The position numbers and the translations under genes were made by a program. DNA of 63,510 nucleotides, taken from the NCBI GenBank assembly GCA_044866005.1, contig JBIOTN010000089.1, positions 1 through 63,510 on the forward strand. Direction: 5' to 3'. Position 1 is the stretch's first letter, and every line of letters starts with the position of its first letter. This stretch comes from Candidatus Rokuibacteriota bacterium (GTDB lineage Bacteria > Methylomirabilota > Methylomirabilia > Rokubacteriales > DASRDR01). Below the pieces are notes generated by a model that was not told the DNA's origin, made no database searches, and saw only the letters and a program-made list of their open reading frames with translations. Shown piece by piece: positions 19,510 through 29,731 of this stretch.

Positions 19510-20588
19510 CACGGTACCGGATCGCCGTGGTCCCCGGCGATGGCATCGGTCCCGAGGTCGTGGCCGAGGCGCTGGCGGTCCTGGGGGCGCTCGCCGAGCC
19601 GGACGGCCTCGCCTTCGAGTTCCAGGAAGTCGAGGCGGGCGCGGGGTGCTACCAGCGGACCGGCGAAGACCTGCCGCGGGAGACGCTCGAGGTGTGCCAG
19701 GCGGCGGACGCGATCCTCTTCGGCGCGGCGGGGCTCCCCGACGTCCGGTTCCCCGACGGCACGGAGATCGCGCCACAGCTCACGCTCCGGGTGCGCCTCG
19801 ACCTCTACGCGGGCCTCCGACCGATCCGGCGCTACCCCGGCGCGCCCAGCGCGCTCCGCCTGGCCGAGGAGGAGCGGATCGACTACGTGATCCTCCGCGA
19901 GAGCACCGAAGGCCTCTACGCGTCGCGTGGCGCCGGCGTCCGCGTCGGCGATCACGTCGCCACCGACACGCTCGTCGTGACGCGGCCGGGGACGGCGCGG
20001 ATCTGTCGGCAGGCCTTCGAGCTGGCGCGGCGCCGCGCCGGGGCCCCGCTGGACCGCCGGCGACGGGTGACGTGCGTCGACAAGGCGAACGTGCTGGGGA
20101 GCCTCGCCTTCTTCCGTCGGGTGTTCGACGAGGTCGCCGCCGACTACCCGGACGTGGAGGCGACGCACGCCTACGTCGACGCGATGGCGGCGTCCCTCGT
20201 CCAGGCGCCGGCCCGCTACGACGTCGTCGTCACGGAGAACATGTTCGGCGACATCCTCTCGGACCTCGCGGCCGCGACCGTGGGCGGCCTCGGCCTGGCG
20301 CCCTCGGGCGACATCGGGGAGGACTACGCCCTGTTCCAGCCGGCCCACGGGACGGCGCCCGACATCGCGGGCAAGGGGGTCGCCAACCCGCTCGCCGCGA
20401 TCCTCTCCGCCGGCCTCATGCTGGAGTGGCTGGGGCGCCGCCACGGCGACCCCGCGGCCGGGGCCGCGGCGCGCCGGCTGGAGACGGCCGTCGCCAGACT
20501 GCTCGCCGCGGGGGGCCCGCGTACCCCCGACCTCGGCGGGAGCGCGACCACCCGGGCCGTGGGCGACGCCGTCGTCGCCGCGCTCTGA
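19506..20588 (+). CDS. Isocitrate/isopropylmalate/tartrate dehydrogenase family
   Basis: [40 protein letters not shown] overlap with pdxA. Confidence 0.92.
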   Translation: MTRYRIAVVPGDGIGPEVVAEALAVLGALAEPDGLAFEFQEVEAGAGCYQRTGEDLPRETLEVCQAADAILFGAAGLPDVRFPDGTEIAPQLTLRVRLDLYAGLRPIRRYPGAPSALRLAEEERIDYVILRESTEGLYASRGAGVRVGDHVATDTLVVTRPGTARICRQAFELARRRAGAPLDRRRRVTCVDKANVLGSLAFFRRVFDEVAADYPDVEATHAYVDAMAASLVQAPARYDVVVTENMFGDILSDLAAATVGGLGLAPSGDIGEDYALFQPAHGTAPDIAGKGVANPLAAILSAGLMLEWLGRRHGDPAAGAAARRLETAVARLLAAGGPRTPDLGGSATTRAVGDAVVAAL

Positions 20589-20679
20589 TGGCCCGCCGCG
20601 GGCGAGGCGCCACGCTCTCGCGCGGCGTGGCCTGAACCGCGTCTCGGAGGGGAGGCCGGCCACGGATCCGCGTCGCCGG

Positions 20680-21813
20680 GTGAGGCTCGTGCTCGTCCTG
20701 GTGCTCCTGGTGCGCGGGCTGCTCGCCCCGAGCGCCACCCCGGCCGTCGCGCAGGAGTTCGTCATCGGGGTGGCCGCGCCGATGACGGGCAACCTCGCGG
20801 AGATCGGCAGGCAGTTCGCCGAGGCGGCGCAGCTCGCCGCCCGCGAGGTCAACGCCCGGGGCGGCGTCCGGGGCCGCAAGGTCGCCTTGCGGATCGAGGA
20901 CGACAAGGGAGACCCGAAGGACGCCGCCACCGTCGCCCGGAAGCTTGCCGCCGACGACCGGGTCCTGGCGATCCTGGGACATTCCTCGTCCTCGGCCTGC
21001 CTGGCCGCCATCCCGCTCTACACGACGGCACGTCTCGCGGCGATCACGCCCTCGGCCTCGCAGACCGACCTGACGACACGCGGCGGCAAGTACCTGTTCC
21101 GGATGTGGTCGCCGATCTCGGTCTACGCGCCGAACCTCGCGCGCTATACCGTGCAGCGGATCGGCCGGCGGAAGGTCGGCGTGGTATACGTCCAGGACGA
21201 CTGGGGGATCCAGACCAAGGAGCGGTACGTCACGGAGGTCGAACGGCTCGGGGCGAAGGTGATGGCGACCGCGGTCGTCCACGCCAGGGACACGGACTTC
21301 AGGGCCCCGCTCGCCAGGATGAAGGCCGCGAACCCGGACGTCCTGGCGATCCTGACCTCCTACACGACGGGGGCGATCGTCGTCCAGCAGGCGCGGACCC
21401 TCGGCCTCACGGCCGCGATCGTCGGCACCGACACGCTCTACGAAGACAAGCTCCTGGAGATCGCGGGCTTCGGCAACGCCGAGGGGCTCGCCGTCAACAC
21501 GGAGTTCAGCCCGGAGGAGCCGGTGCCTGCGGTCGCGGCCTTCGTGGCGTCGTACCGGAACCTCCACCCGGGCGAGACCCCGCGGCCCTACCACGCCACG
21601 ACCTACGACGCGGCGCGGGTCGTCTTCGCGGCGATCGAGCAGGCCGGCACCGACCGCGAGGCGATCCGCGACGCGATCGCCTCGACCAGGGACTTCCCGG
21701 GCGTCACCGGGACGTTCTCGTTCAGCGACGACCGCGAGCGCGTGCCGCACGGCCTCGCCTACTTCGTGGTGAAGGACGGCAAGTGGGCGTTCATCGGGCG
21801 CCACGGCCAGTGA
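20680..21813 (+). CDS. Branched-chain amino acid (LivJ/K-like) ABC substrate-binding protein
   Basis: IGVAAPMTG, EDDKGDP, GHSSS, GVTGTFSF. Confidence 0.9.
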   Translation: MRLVLVLVLLVRGLLAPSATPAVAQEFVIGVAAPMTGNLAEIGRQFAEAAQLAAREVNARGGVRGRKVALRIEDDKGDPKDAATVARKLAADDRVLAILGHSSSSACLAAIPLYTTARLAAITPSASQTDLTTRGGKYLFRMWSPISVYAPNLARYTVQRIGRRKVGVVYVQDDWGIQTKERYVTEVERLGAKVMATAVVHARDTDFRAPLARMKAANPDVLAILTSYTTGAIVVQQARTLGLTAAIVGTDTLYEDKLLEIAGFGNAEGLAVNTEFSPEEPVPAVAAFVASYRNLHPGETPRPYHATTYDAARVVFAAIEQAGTDREAIRDAIASTRDFPGVTGTFSFSDDRERVPHGLAYFVVKDGKWAFIGRHGQ

Positions 21814-21851
21814 GCCCGCCCTCGCCCGCCGGTCCCGCCGAGCCGCCCGCC

Positions 21852-21894
21852 GCGGGTCCTGTCGCCGGCTCGCCCCGGTCCGGCGCCACCCGCG
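21852..21894. repeat. 43-bp dispersed repeat, copy 2
   Basis: 42/43 identical to 3198-3240. Confidence 0.85.
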
Positions 21895-22000
21895 GGGGCC
21901 GCCCTCTCCTGGACCCGCGGGCCAGGGTGACTCGCTCAGGAGCCTGTCGGTGAAACGCGCTTGCGTCCGCATGAACCGCAACCGTCACAGGGTTCCGCTT

Positions 22001-22070
22001 CGAGCGCCGGCTCGGCCCGCGCAAACATCCCGGGGGTTCCTCAAAGGGGGGCAGCGCCCCCCTTTGAGGA
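22001..22070. repeat. Bipartite hairpin repeat (family A, variant)
   Basis: CGAGCGCCGGCT...GCGCAA followed by 14-bp stem TCCTCAAAGGGGGG/CCCCCCTTTGAGGA. Confidence 0.6.
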
Positions 22071-22077
22071 GCTAGCC

Positions 22078-22659
22078 GTGCGGTTCTCGTACTACGAGCG
22101 GCTGACGCGCGCCCAGCAGCGAATCTACCGCCTGAGCGACGAGGTGACGAGCCTCAGGCTCACGGGCGCCGCCGTGCTGCGTCCGCTGACCGAGGAGCTC
22201 GCGGCCGCCCTCGCGACGGAGAGCCGCGCCGCCGTGGAAGACACCGCCCGGCGCCTCCACGGCGGGCTCACCCGCGCCTTCGGGGTCGCGCCCTGCCGCC
22301 TGGAAGTGCTGAGCGCGCGGCCACACGGCCGGTGGGGCGAGCTCCAGGGCCTCTACACGACGGCCGAGCGGGGCCGGCCGGCCTCGGTCCAGCTCTGGAT
22401 GCGCACCGCCCGACAGCGACGCGTGGTCGCGTTCCGCACGTTCCTGCGGACGCTCCTTCACGAGCTCTGCCACCACCTGGATTACGAGCACCTGCGCCTG
22501 GCCGACTCGTTCCACACCGAGGGCTTCTACAAGCGCGAGTCGAGCCTCTTCCACCAGCTCGTGCCGGACGCGGCCCGCGCGCCGGCCGCCGGCCAGGGGC
22601 CGGCCGGCGAAGGCGCGCCCCCGGCGCGGGACCTCACCCCGCCCCCGACCCCGGCTTGA
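22078..22659 (+). CDS. Hypothetical HExxH minimal zincin-like protein
   Basis: FLRTLLHELCHHLD...SFHTEGF; GTG at 22078 preceded by GAGGAG. Confidence 0.75.
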   Translation: MRFSYYERLTRAQQRIYRLSDEVTSLRLTGAAVLRPLTEELAAALATESRAAVEDTARRLHGGLTRAFGVAPCRLEVLSARPHGRWGELQGLYTTAERGRPASVQLWMRTARQRRVVAFRTFLRTLLHELCHHLDYEHLRLADSFHTEGFYKRESSLFHQLVPDAARAPAAGQGPAGEGAPPARDLTPPPTPA

Positions 22660-22675
22660 GGAGGAGGAGGAGACA

Positions 22676-23473
22676 ATGCGACTGAGCGGCAAGGTCGCCG
22701 TCGTGACCGGCGGCGGAAGCGGGATCGGTCGGGGCATCGCGCTCTGCATGGCCCGCGAAGGCGCCGACGTCGCCGTCCCCGACGTCCAGCTCGCGGGCGC
22801 CCAGCAGGTGGCGAAGGAGGTGGAGGCCCTCGGCCGGCGGGCGTTGCCCCTCCGCGTGGACGTGACCCGGACGGCGGACGTGGAGGAGATGCTGGCGCAG
22901 ACCCGCGCCGCGCTCGGTCAGGTCGACGTCCTCGTCAACAACGCCGGCATCCCGGCGCCGCCCGGGCTCCCGTTCACCAACAACGTGGAGGCGGACTGGG
23001 ACCGCGTCTACGACGTGAACGTCAAGTCGATCTTCCGCACGTGCAAGGCCGTCGCCCCGTACTTCATGGAGCGTCGCGCCGGCCGCATCGTCAACATCGC
23101 CTCGATCGCGGGCCCGCTCTCGGCCCCCACCTCTCCGCCCTACACGGTGTCCAAGATGGGCGTGATCACGTTCACGCGCATCGTGGCCAAGGAGCTGGCC
23201 CCCTACGGCGTCACCGTGAACGCGATCTGCCCGGGCGTCCTCTGGACCCCGTTCTGGGAAGCGCTCGCCGCGCACATCGCGCGGACCAACCCGAGCTTCG
23301 CCGGGATGACGCCCCGCCAGATCTTCGAGAAGCGGGTCGCCGACCTCGTCCCCATGCGCCGGGAGCAGACGCCCGAGGACATCGGCTGGGCCGCCGTCTT
23401 CCTCGCCTCCGAGGAAGCGCGGAACGTCACGGGGCAGGCGCTCTGCGTGGACGGCGGCACGGTCATGCACTGA
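22676..23473 (+). CDS. SDR family NAD(P)-dependent oxidoreductase
   Basis: TGGGSGIG, NNAG, YxxxK (YTVSK). Confidence 0.95.
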   Translation: MRLSGKVAVVTGGGSGIGRGIALCMAREGADVAVPDVQLAGAQQVAKEVEALGRRALPLRVDVTRTADVEEMLAQTRAALGQVDVLVNNAGIPAPPGLPFTNNVEADWDRVYDVNVKSIFRTCKAVAPYFMERRAGRIVNIASIAGPLSAPTSPPYTVSKMGVITFTRIVAKELAPYGVTVNAICPGVLWTPFWEALAAHIARTNPSFAGMTPRQIFEKRVADLVPMRREQTPEDIGWAAVFLASEEARNVTGQALCVDGGTVMH

Positions 23474-23523
23474 CGGCGCGGGGCGCGCGCCGGGGCCCCC
23501 TCGCGCGCCGTGGACCGCCGCGG

Positions 23524-24324
23524 TCAGAAGGCGGCGCCGATCGCCCGGATCTCCTCCCCGCTCAGCGTGAAGTCGAGGGCGCCCGCGTTCTCGCGGACGT
23601 GCTCCGACCGGCTGGCCTTGGGAATGGTGAAGAGCGACGCGCGGCGGGTGAGGAAGTTGAGCGCGACCTGACGCGGCGTGCGGCCGCGTCCCGCCGCGAT
23701 GTCGGCGACGACGCCACGCAGGAAGCCGCCCTTGCCCAGGGGGGTGTAGCCGACGACGGCCAGCCCTTCCCGCTCGCAGTACGGCAGGACGTCCCGCTCG
23801 ATCGCACGGTCTCGCAGGTGGTAGAGGACCTGGTTGCAGGCCAGGCGACTCTCGCCGAGCGCCGCCTGCGCGGCCTTCACCTGGTCGACGTCGAGGTTCG
23901 ACACGCCGACGAAGCGGACGAGGCCACGCGCGAGGAGCTCCGCCATCGCGCGCATGGTCTCCTCGATGGGGTGCCGGTCGCTCCACCAGTGCAGGAGGTA
24001 GAGGTCCACGTAGTCGGTCTTGAGGCGGGCGAGCGACCGCTCACAGGCCCGCAGCGTGCCGGCATAGGAGGCGTTCCCGGGCAGGACCTTCGTGGCGAGG
24101 AAGACGTCGGCCCGGCGGCCCGCAATGGCCTCGGCGACCACGCGCTCCGCGCCGCCGTCGCCGTACATCTCCGCCGTGTCGACGTGCGTGAGCCCGAGGT
24201 CGAGCCCGAGGCGCAGCGCCGCCACCTCGGCGGCCCGGGTCGCCCGGGACTCCCCCATCCGCCACGTGCCCTGCCCGATGACGGCGACGTCGACCCCGGT
24301 CGCCCCGAAGGGCCGGCCGATCAC
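23524..24324 (-). CDS. Aldo/keto reductase
   Basis: IGQGTW, DTAEMYG, LYLLHW, GVSN, IPKA. Confidence 0.92.
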   Translation of the reverse strand: MIGRPFGATGVDVAVIGQGTWRMGESRATRAAEVAALRLGLDLGLTHVDTAEMYGDGGAERVVAEAIAGRRADVFLATKVLPGNASYAGTLRACERSLARLKTDYVDLYLLHWWSDRHPIEETMRAMAELLARGLVRFVGVSNLDVDQVKAAQAALGESRLACNQVLYHLRDRAIERDVLPYCEREGLAVVGYTPLGKGGFLRGVVADIAAGRGRTPRQVALNFLTRRASLFTIPKASRSEHVRENAGALDFTLSGEEIRAIGAAF

Positions 24325-24350
24325 TCGCGGCGTCCGCGCGGAGGGCCCGG

Positions 24351-25409
24351 CTAGCCGCCGCGGGTGTGCATCTCGAGCCGCGGGTCCTGCTTGAGCCCGT
24401 CGATCTGGACGAGCACCCCGCGGACACCGAGCGTCTCCAGCGCCTTGCGCTCCTCTGCCCCCCGGTCCCGGCGCCGCGTCCAGGTGGACGTGACCAGGGC
24501 CTGCATCGTCTGGCGCGACGCGCCGGTCCGGAGCGGCGTCCGCAGGTCGATCCCGCGCTGGGCGTAGAGACAGAGGAACCACGTTCCGTCGGCGGTCAAC
24601 CGACTGCGGTCACACGTGCTGCAGAACGGCGTGGTCGTCGAGGCGATGATGCCGAAGACCGTCCCGTCGGGCAGCGTGAACCGGTCCGCCGGCGCGGACG
24701 TCAGCTCGGGGACCGGCTCGATCGGCCCGTAGTGCCGCGAGAGGCGCTCCAGGATCTCGGCCCGCGAGACGACACGGTCGAGGGACCACTGGGTCGCCCC
24801 GCCGACGTCCATGTACTCGATGAAGCGGACCTCGGCGCCGATCTCCTTTCCATACTCGACGAGATCGACCAGCTCGTCGTCGTTCGTCCCGCGGATGACG
24901 ACGCAGTCGAGCTTGAGCCCGCTGAAGCCGGCGCGGCGCGCGGCGTCGATCCCGGCGAGCACGCGGTCGAGGGCGTCCCGCCGCGTCAGCGCCCGGAACC
25001 GATCGGGGCGCAGGCTGTCGAGGCTCACGGTCACGCGATGGAGGCCGGCGTCCCGGAGCGCCTGCGCCTGCTCGCCGAGCAGAACGCCGTTCGTGGTGAT
25101 GGCGAGGTCTTCGATTCCGCCGGTCCGCGCGAGCATCCCGACGAGGAGCGGCAGGTCACGGCGGAGAAGCGGTTCGCCGCCCGTGAGGCGGACCTTGTCG
25201 ACCCCGAGTTCCGTGAAGAGGGCGACCAGCTCGCGGATCTCCTCGAAGGTCAAGAGGTCCTGCCGCGGGAGCCAGACGTACTCCTCCTCCGGCATGCAGT
25301 ACTGGCAGCGCAGGTTGCAGCGGTCGGTGACCGAGACCCGCAGGTTGCGCAGTGGCCGACCGAAGGTATCGGTGACGTCGGTGAGTCGAGTCAAGCGTGC
25401 CTTCGCCAT
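24351..25409 (-). CDS. moaA: GTP 3',8-cyclase MoaA
   Basis: CNLRCQYC radical SAM motif, FCSTCDRSRL..CLY, C-terminal GG. Confidence 0.96.
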   Translation of the reverse strand: MAKARLTRLTDVTDTFGRPLRNLRVSVTDRCNLRCQYCMPEEEYVWLPRQDLLTFEEIRELVALFTELGVDKVRLTGGEPLLRRDLPLLVGMLARTGGIEDLAITTNGVLLGEQAQALRDAGLHRVTVSLDSLRPDRFRALTRRDALDRVLAGIDAARRAGFSGLKLDCVVIRGTNDDELVDLVEYGKEIGAEVRFIEYMDVGGATQWSLDRVVSRAEILERLSRHYGPIEPVPELTSAPADRFTLPDGTVFGIIASTTTPFCSTCDRSRLTADGTWFLCLYAQRGIDLRTPLRTGASRQTMQALVTSTWTRRRDRGAEERKALETLGVRGVLVQIDGLKQDPRLEMHTRGG

Positions 25410-25442
25410 TTGGTCTATGATTATGCCTCAGGAGGCTCGACC

Positions 25443-26405
25443 CTGTCAGGACTTCCTTCACCGGCACCGGCGCCGCTCGTCGTCCTGAGCGTCCTGGTGG
25501 CCGCGCTCGCCGGCGCGCCCGCCCAGGCGCAGCGCATGTCCGAGCCACCGCGCCCGCTCCGCTACGTGACGCTGAACCTCCTCCACGGCGGCGTCTTCTC
25601 CGGGCTCACCGGCGAGGACGAGGACCTCGAGCACCGCTTCGCGCTGCTCGTGGCGGGCCTCCGCGCGCTGGACCCGGACATCGTCGGGGTCCAGGAGGCC
25701 TCCGTCAGCCGGCGGCGGGGGAACGTCGCGGCGCGCCTGGCCGGCGAGCTCGGGCTCCACTACGTGTGGGCCCCGGCGCTCTTCCAGCTGACACCGAGCC
25801 AGCGCATGAACCGCCTCATCGCCTTCGCGATGAACTTCACCGAGGGCCCCGCCATCCTGAGCCGCTTTCCCATCGTCCACTGGGAGCGCCACAGCCTGCC
25901 CCGGTGCCGCGGGATCCTCGATCCGCGCGCGCTGCTGCACGCCACGCTCCAGACCCCGTGGGGCCCGTTACAGGCGGCCTCGACCCACACCGCCTCGGGC
26001 GCCTGCGAGGCCGAGCGCGTGGGGGCCGTGATGCAGGCCCGGCGCGGCGCGCTGCCGGCGGTCCTCATGGGCGACTTCAACGCCACCGAGACCTCGTCGG
26101 GGATCGCGAGCCTCACGAATGGCGGCGCGTTCGTCGACGCGTTCCGGGCGGCGAACCCGAACGAGGCCGGGGCCACCGTCTGGCAGCGGGTGTACGCGGC
26201 CGCGCCCACGGTCACGCGGCGCGTGGACTACGTCTTCCTCCTCCCCGGCACCGAGGTCCCGGGGCGCGTCCTCGCGAGCCGGATCGTCCTCAACACGCCC
26301 GGGCGGCTGCCGGACGGCCGGGTCCTGTGGCCATCGGACCACTACGGCGTCCTGGCCGAGGTCGACGTCCTCGGCGGGCCCGCCCAGGCAGGAGCCCGCC
26401 CATGA
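25443..26405 (+). CDS. Exported endonuclease/exonuclease/phosphatase family protein; start uncertain (possible CTG)
   Basis: TLNLLHG, DIVGVQE, MGDFN, RVDYVF, WPSDHYGV; AGGAGG 7 nt before an in-frame CTG. Confidence 0.85.
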   Translation: MSGLPSPAPAPLVVLSVLVAALAGAPAQAQRMSEPPRPLRYVTLNLLHGGVFSGLTGEDEDLEHRFALLVAGLRALDPDIVGVQEASVSRRRGNVAARLAGELGLHYVWAPALFQLTPSQRMNRLIAFAMNFTEGPAILSRFPIVHWERHSLPRCRGILDPRALLHATLQTPWGPLQAASTHTASGACEAERVGAVMQARRGALPAVLMGDFNATETSSGIASLTNGGAFVDAFRAANPNEAGATVWQRVYAAAPTVTRRVDYVFLLPGTEVPGRVLASRIVLNTPGRLPDGRVLWPSDHYGVLAEVDVLGGPAQAGARP

Positions 26406-27469
26406 GCGCGCCCACGACGGACTCCGCGATGTACCGGACGATGCAGCGCCAGCCGAGCGACCTCTCGCGGCTCCTCGACACCGGCTGGGCCCCCGCCCGC
26501 CAGGCGGCCGAGCGGCTCGCCGGCGCGGCCCGCGTCTTCGTCGTCGGGATCGGCACGAGCTACCACGCGGCGCTCGTCGGCAGCTGGCTCCTCAGGGCCG
26601 CCGGGTCGGATGCCCGCGCGGTGTCGTCGTTCGACTTCGCCCTCTACCCGGAGTCGTGGCCCCTCCGCCGGGAGGACGCGGTCATCGTCATGGCGCACTC
26701 CGGCGTCAAGCAGGTCTCGTCCGAGGCCATGGCGCGGGCCCGCGCCGCCGGCGGGGCGGTGCTCTCCGTCGGCAGCCTGACCGCGGAGCACCCGCACTCT
26801 CAGCTGGTGCTGCGCACGGTGGAGCGCGAGAAGTCGGCGGCCTTCACCGCCTCCCACCTGGCCGCGATGACGGTCCTCGCCCAGGTGGCGACCGAGCTCG
26901 GGGAGCGGCGACGGGCGGCCGGCGTGACCGGCTTCCGCGACGCGCTCGGCCGGCTGCCGGACCAGGTCGCGGACGCCCTCGCGCGCGAGGCGGCCGTCGT
27001 CCCGGTGGCCCGCGAAGCGGCCGGACGGCGCGTGTACGCGGCGGGAGCGGGACCGAACGAGGCCACCGCGACCGAGGCCGTGATCAAGGTGCGGGAGGCC
27101 GCCCAGGGCCAGATCGACGCGCTCGCCCTGGAGCAGTTCCTCCACGGGCCGATCGTCGCGGTGAACGCCGGCGACCTGGCGGTCCTCGTGAACGTGCCCG
27201 GCGCGGCCGCCACGCGCGTCGCCGAGATCGCGGCCGTCCTCACGGCGATCGGGGCGCGGCTCTGGCTCGTCGGCGGGCCCGTGGCCGTGGCGCCGAGGGC
27301 GACCGTGTTCGAGCTGCCCGCGCTGCCGGAGCTGCTCTCGCCGCTCCTCGCCGTCGTCCCGATCCAGCTCCTCGCCTACCACATGGCGGCGCTGAAAGGG
27401 CTCAACCCGGACACCTTCCGGCGGGACGACCCGACCTACGCCGCGGCCTTCGGGCTCCTCAAGCTCTGA
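26402..27469 (+). CDS. SIS-domain protein (GlmS isomerase/sugar-phosphate deglycase-like)
   Basis: GIGTSYHAA, HSG, EQFLHGP, GLNPD; ATGA overlap with upstream gene. Confidence 0.9.
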   Translation: MSAPTTDSAMYRTMQRQPSDLSRLLDTGWAPARQAAERLAGAARVFVVGIGTSYHAALVGSWLLRAAGSDARAVSSFDFALYPESWPLRREDAVIVMAHSGVKQVSSEAMARARAAGGAVLSVGSLTAEHPHSQLVLRTVEREKSAAFTASHLAAMTVLAQVATELGERRRAAGVTGFRDALGRLPDQVADALAREAAVVPVAREAAGRRVYAAGAGPNEATATEAVIKVREAAQGQIDALALEQFLHGPIVAVNAGDLAVLVNVPGAAATRVAEIAAVLTAIGARLWLVGGPVAVAPRATVFELPALPELLSPLLAVVPIQLLAYHMAALKGLNPDTFRRDDPTYAAAFGLLKL

Positions 27470-27499
27470 GCCGCGCACGGCGCGCGGAGCGGAGATCCC

Positions 27500-29005
27500 A
27501 TGGCCCAGCGCTACGCCGGCAGCGTCCGGGCGCCGGAGTTCCCGCCGGACGCCGAGTGGCTCAACACCGGTCGGGCCCTCCGCCTGGCCGATCTGCGCGG
27601 GAGACTCGTCCTCCTCGACTTCTGGACCTTCTGCTGAATCAACTGCCTGCACATCCTTCCGCAGTTGCGGAAGCTCGAGCGGAAATACAGCCGGGAGCTC
27701 GCCGTGATCGGCGTTCACTCGCCGAAGTTCACCACCGAGCAGGACACCGAGAGCCTCCGCCAGGCGATCCTGCGCCTGAACGTCGGTCACCCCGTCGTCA
27801 ACGACCGCCACTTCGCGGTCTGGGGGGCTTACGCCGTGCGCTGCTGGCCGACCCTCATGTTCATCGACCCCCAGGGCCAGGTGATCGGCAAGCACGAAGG
27901 CGAGTTCCCGCTCGAGCCGTTCGACGGGCTGATCGGCGAGATGGTCCGCGAGTTCGACGCCCGGGGCCTGCTGGACCGCCGTCCGCTCGAGCTCGGCCTC
28001 CCGACGCCGGCGGCCTCCGAACCGCTCCGCTTCCCGGGCAAGCTCCTGGCGGACGCCGGGCGCGGGCGGCTCTACCTGAGCGACACCGGCCACAACCGCG
28101 TCGTCGTCGCCGACCTCGACGGGGCCGTGCGGCAGCTCGTCGGGCACGGTACCCCGGGGCTCGTGGACGGCCCCGCCGACGTCGCGCGCTTCTACCAGCC
28201 GCAGGGCCTCGCGCTCGACGGCGACACGCTCTACGTCGCGGACACCGAGAACCACGCCCTCCGGGCGATCGACCTCGCCACCGGCGCGGTCGCGACGCTC
28301 GCGGGGACGGGCGCGCAGCTCATGGGCGCGCGCGCCGGCGGCCCGGCGCGCGGGACGGCGCTCAGCTCGCCCTGGGACCTCGCCGTGCTCGACGGCGTCC
28401 TCTTCGTCGCCATGGCGGGCACGCACCAGCTCTGGGCGCTCGACCTCGACCGCGCGGCGATCGGGCCGCACACCGGAACCGGTCGCGAGGCGCTGGAGGA
28501 CGGCCCGCGCGAGGCGGCGGCGATGAACCAGCCGAGCGGCCTGGCCAGCGACGGGCGGCAGCTCTACGTCGCCGACAGCGAGGCGAGCGCCATCCGCGTG
28601 GTGGACCCGCGACCGGGCGGGGCGGTCCGCACGATCGTCGGCGAAGGCCTGTTCGAGTTCGGGGACCGGGATGGGATCGGGCCCGCCGCGGTGCGGCTCC
28701 AGCATCCGCTCGGCGTGGCCTGGCACGACGGCGTCCTCTACGTCGCCGACACCTACAACCACAAGATCAAGCGGCTCGACCCGGCCACCGCGGAGTGCCG
28801 GACCTTCCTCGGGAGCGGCGAGCCCGGCCATCGCGACGGCCCGTGCGGCGCCGCCCGCTTCAGCGAGCCGAGCGGGCTCTCCGTGGCGGGGGGCCGGCTT
28901 TACGTCGCCGACACCAACAACCACGCCGTGCGCGTGGCCGACCTCGCCAGCGGCGCGGTCGCGACGCTCGCGCTCCGCGGCCTCGCCCCGCCGCGGGGCG
29001 CCTGA
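27500..29005 (+). CDS. Thioredoxin-like + NHL-repeat protein (NHLRC2/SOQ1 homologue), predicted selenoprotein with UGA at codon 46
   Basis: [34 protein letters not shown] continues in frame into [12 protein letters not shown] and NHL repeats (YVADTxNH). Confidence 0.88.
27656..27673 (+). promoter_or_regulatory. Putative bacterial SECIS element
   Basis: CTTCCGC-AGTT-GCGGAAG stem-loop; GU-containing loop starts 26 nt after the in-frame UGA at 27635-27637. Confidence 0.7.
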
Positions 29006-29021
29006 CGGCCCGTCCCGAGGC

Positions 29022-29140
29022 TCACCGTCCGCCGGTGGTCGGATCGATGATCATCTTGACCTCCGACACGCGGTTGATCGGGAACCCGCCCCGCTTGGCG
29101 TGCTCCCGCAGCTTCTCCTCGTTCGGGGCGATGTAGATGC
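29022..29140 (-). pseudogene. 5'-truncated DUF4242 (SCO4226-like) gene remnant
   Basis: Reads IYIAPNEEKLREHAKRGGFPINRVSEVKMIIDPTTGGR*; upstream frame is unrelated and closed by TAG. Confidence 0.75.
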
Positions 29141-29213
29141 CGGCCGTCGTTTTTCGTCCCGCAGGAATGGGCGTCCGCCACGTCTACGTTCCACTCCATC
29201 ACGTGAGGGAGAC

Positions 29214-29615
29214 ATGCCCGTGACCACGGTCAGCGTCCGCTACATGATCGACGACGTCGCCGCGGCGCTCGCCTTCTACACCACCCACCTCGGCTTCGCC
29301 GTCCAGCAGGACGCCTCCCCGGCGTTCGCCGCCGTCACCCGGGGCGGCCTGCGACTCCTGCTCAGCGGCCCGACCAGCTCGGGCGCACGGCCCATGCCCG
29401 ACGGCCGCCGGCCCGTGCCCGGCGGCTGGAACCGGATTCAGCTGCAGGTACCCGACCTCGCCGCCGAGGTCGACCGGCTCCGCGCCGCCGGGCTCACGTT
29501 CCGGAACGACATCGTGACCGGAGTCGGGGGCGCCCAGATCCTGCTCGACGACCCCTCGGGCAACCCCATCGAGCTCTTCCAGCCGGCCCACGCAGACGCA
29601 CCCCGGAAGCGCTGA
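29214..29615 (+). CDS. VOC/glyoxalase family protein
   Basis: SVRYMIDDV, PGGWNRIQL, DDPSGNPIELFQP. Confidence 0.92.
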   Translation: MPVTTVSVRYMIDDVAAALAFYTTHLGFAVQQDASPAFAAVTRGGLRLLLSGPTSSGARPMPDGRRPVPGGWNRIQLQVPDLAAEVDRLRAAGLTFRNDIVTGVGGAQILLDDPSGNPIELFQPAHADAPRKR

Positions 29616-29702
29616 AGGCGGAGCCGAGGCCGGGCGCCGTCCCCAGTCGCGCCGGGCGCCGCGAAAGTGCCGTGACGCGTACGAGTGACCGGGCGCTGAA
29701 GG

Positions 29703-29731
29703 TTGACAGGAAACGGACGGTTGGATAGTCT
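29703..29731 (+). promoter_or_regulatory. sigma70 promoter upstream of the lower-GC exported protein
   Basis: TTGACA-N17-TAGTCT. Confidence 0.5.

Noticed and set aside
21938..21950. AGGAGCCTGTCGG resembling an IS/MITE terminal inverted repeat
   Set aside because: No matching partner end and no transposase in the window
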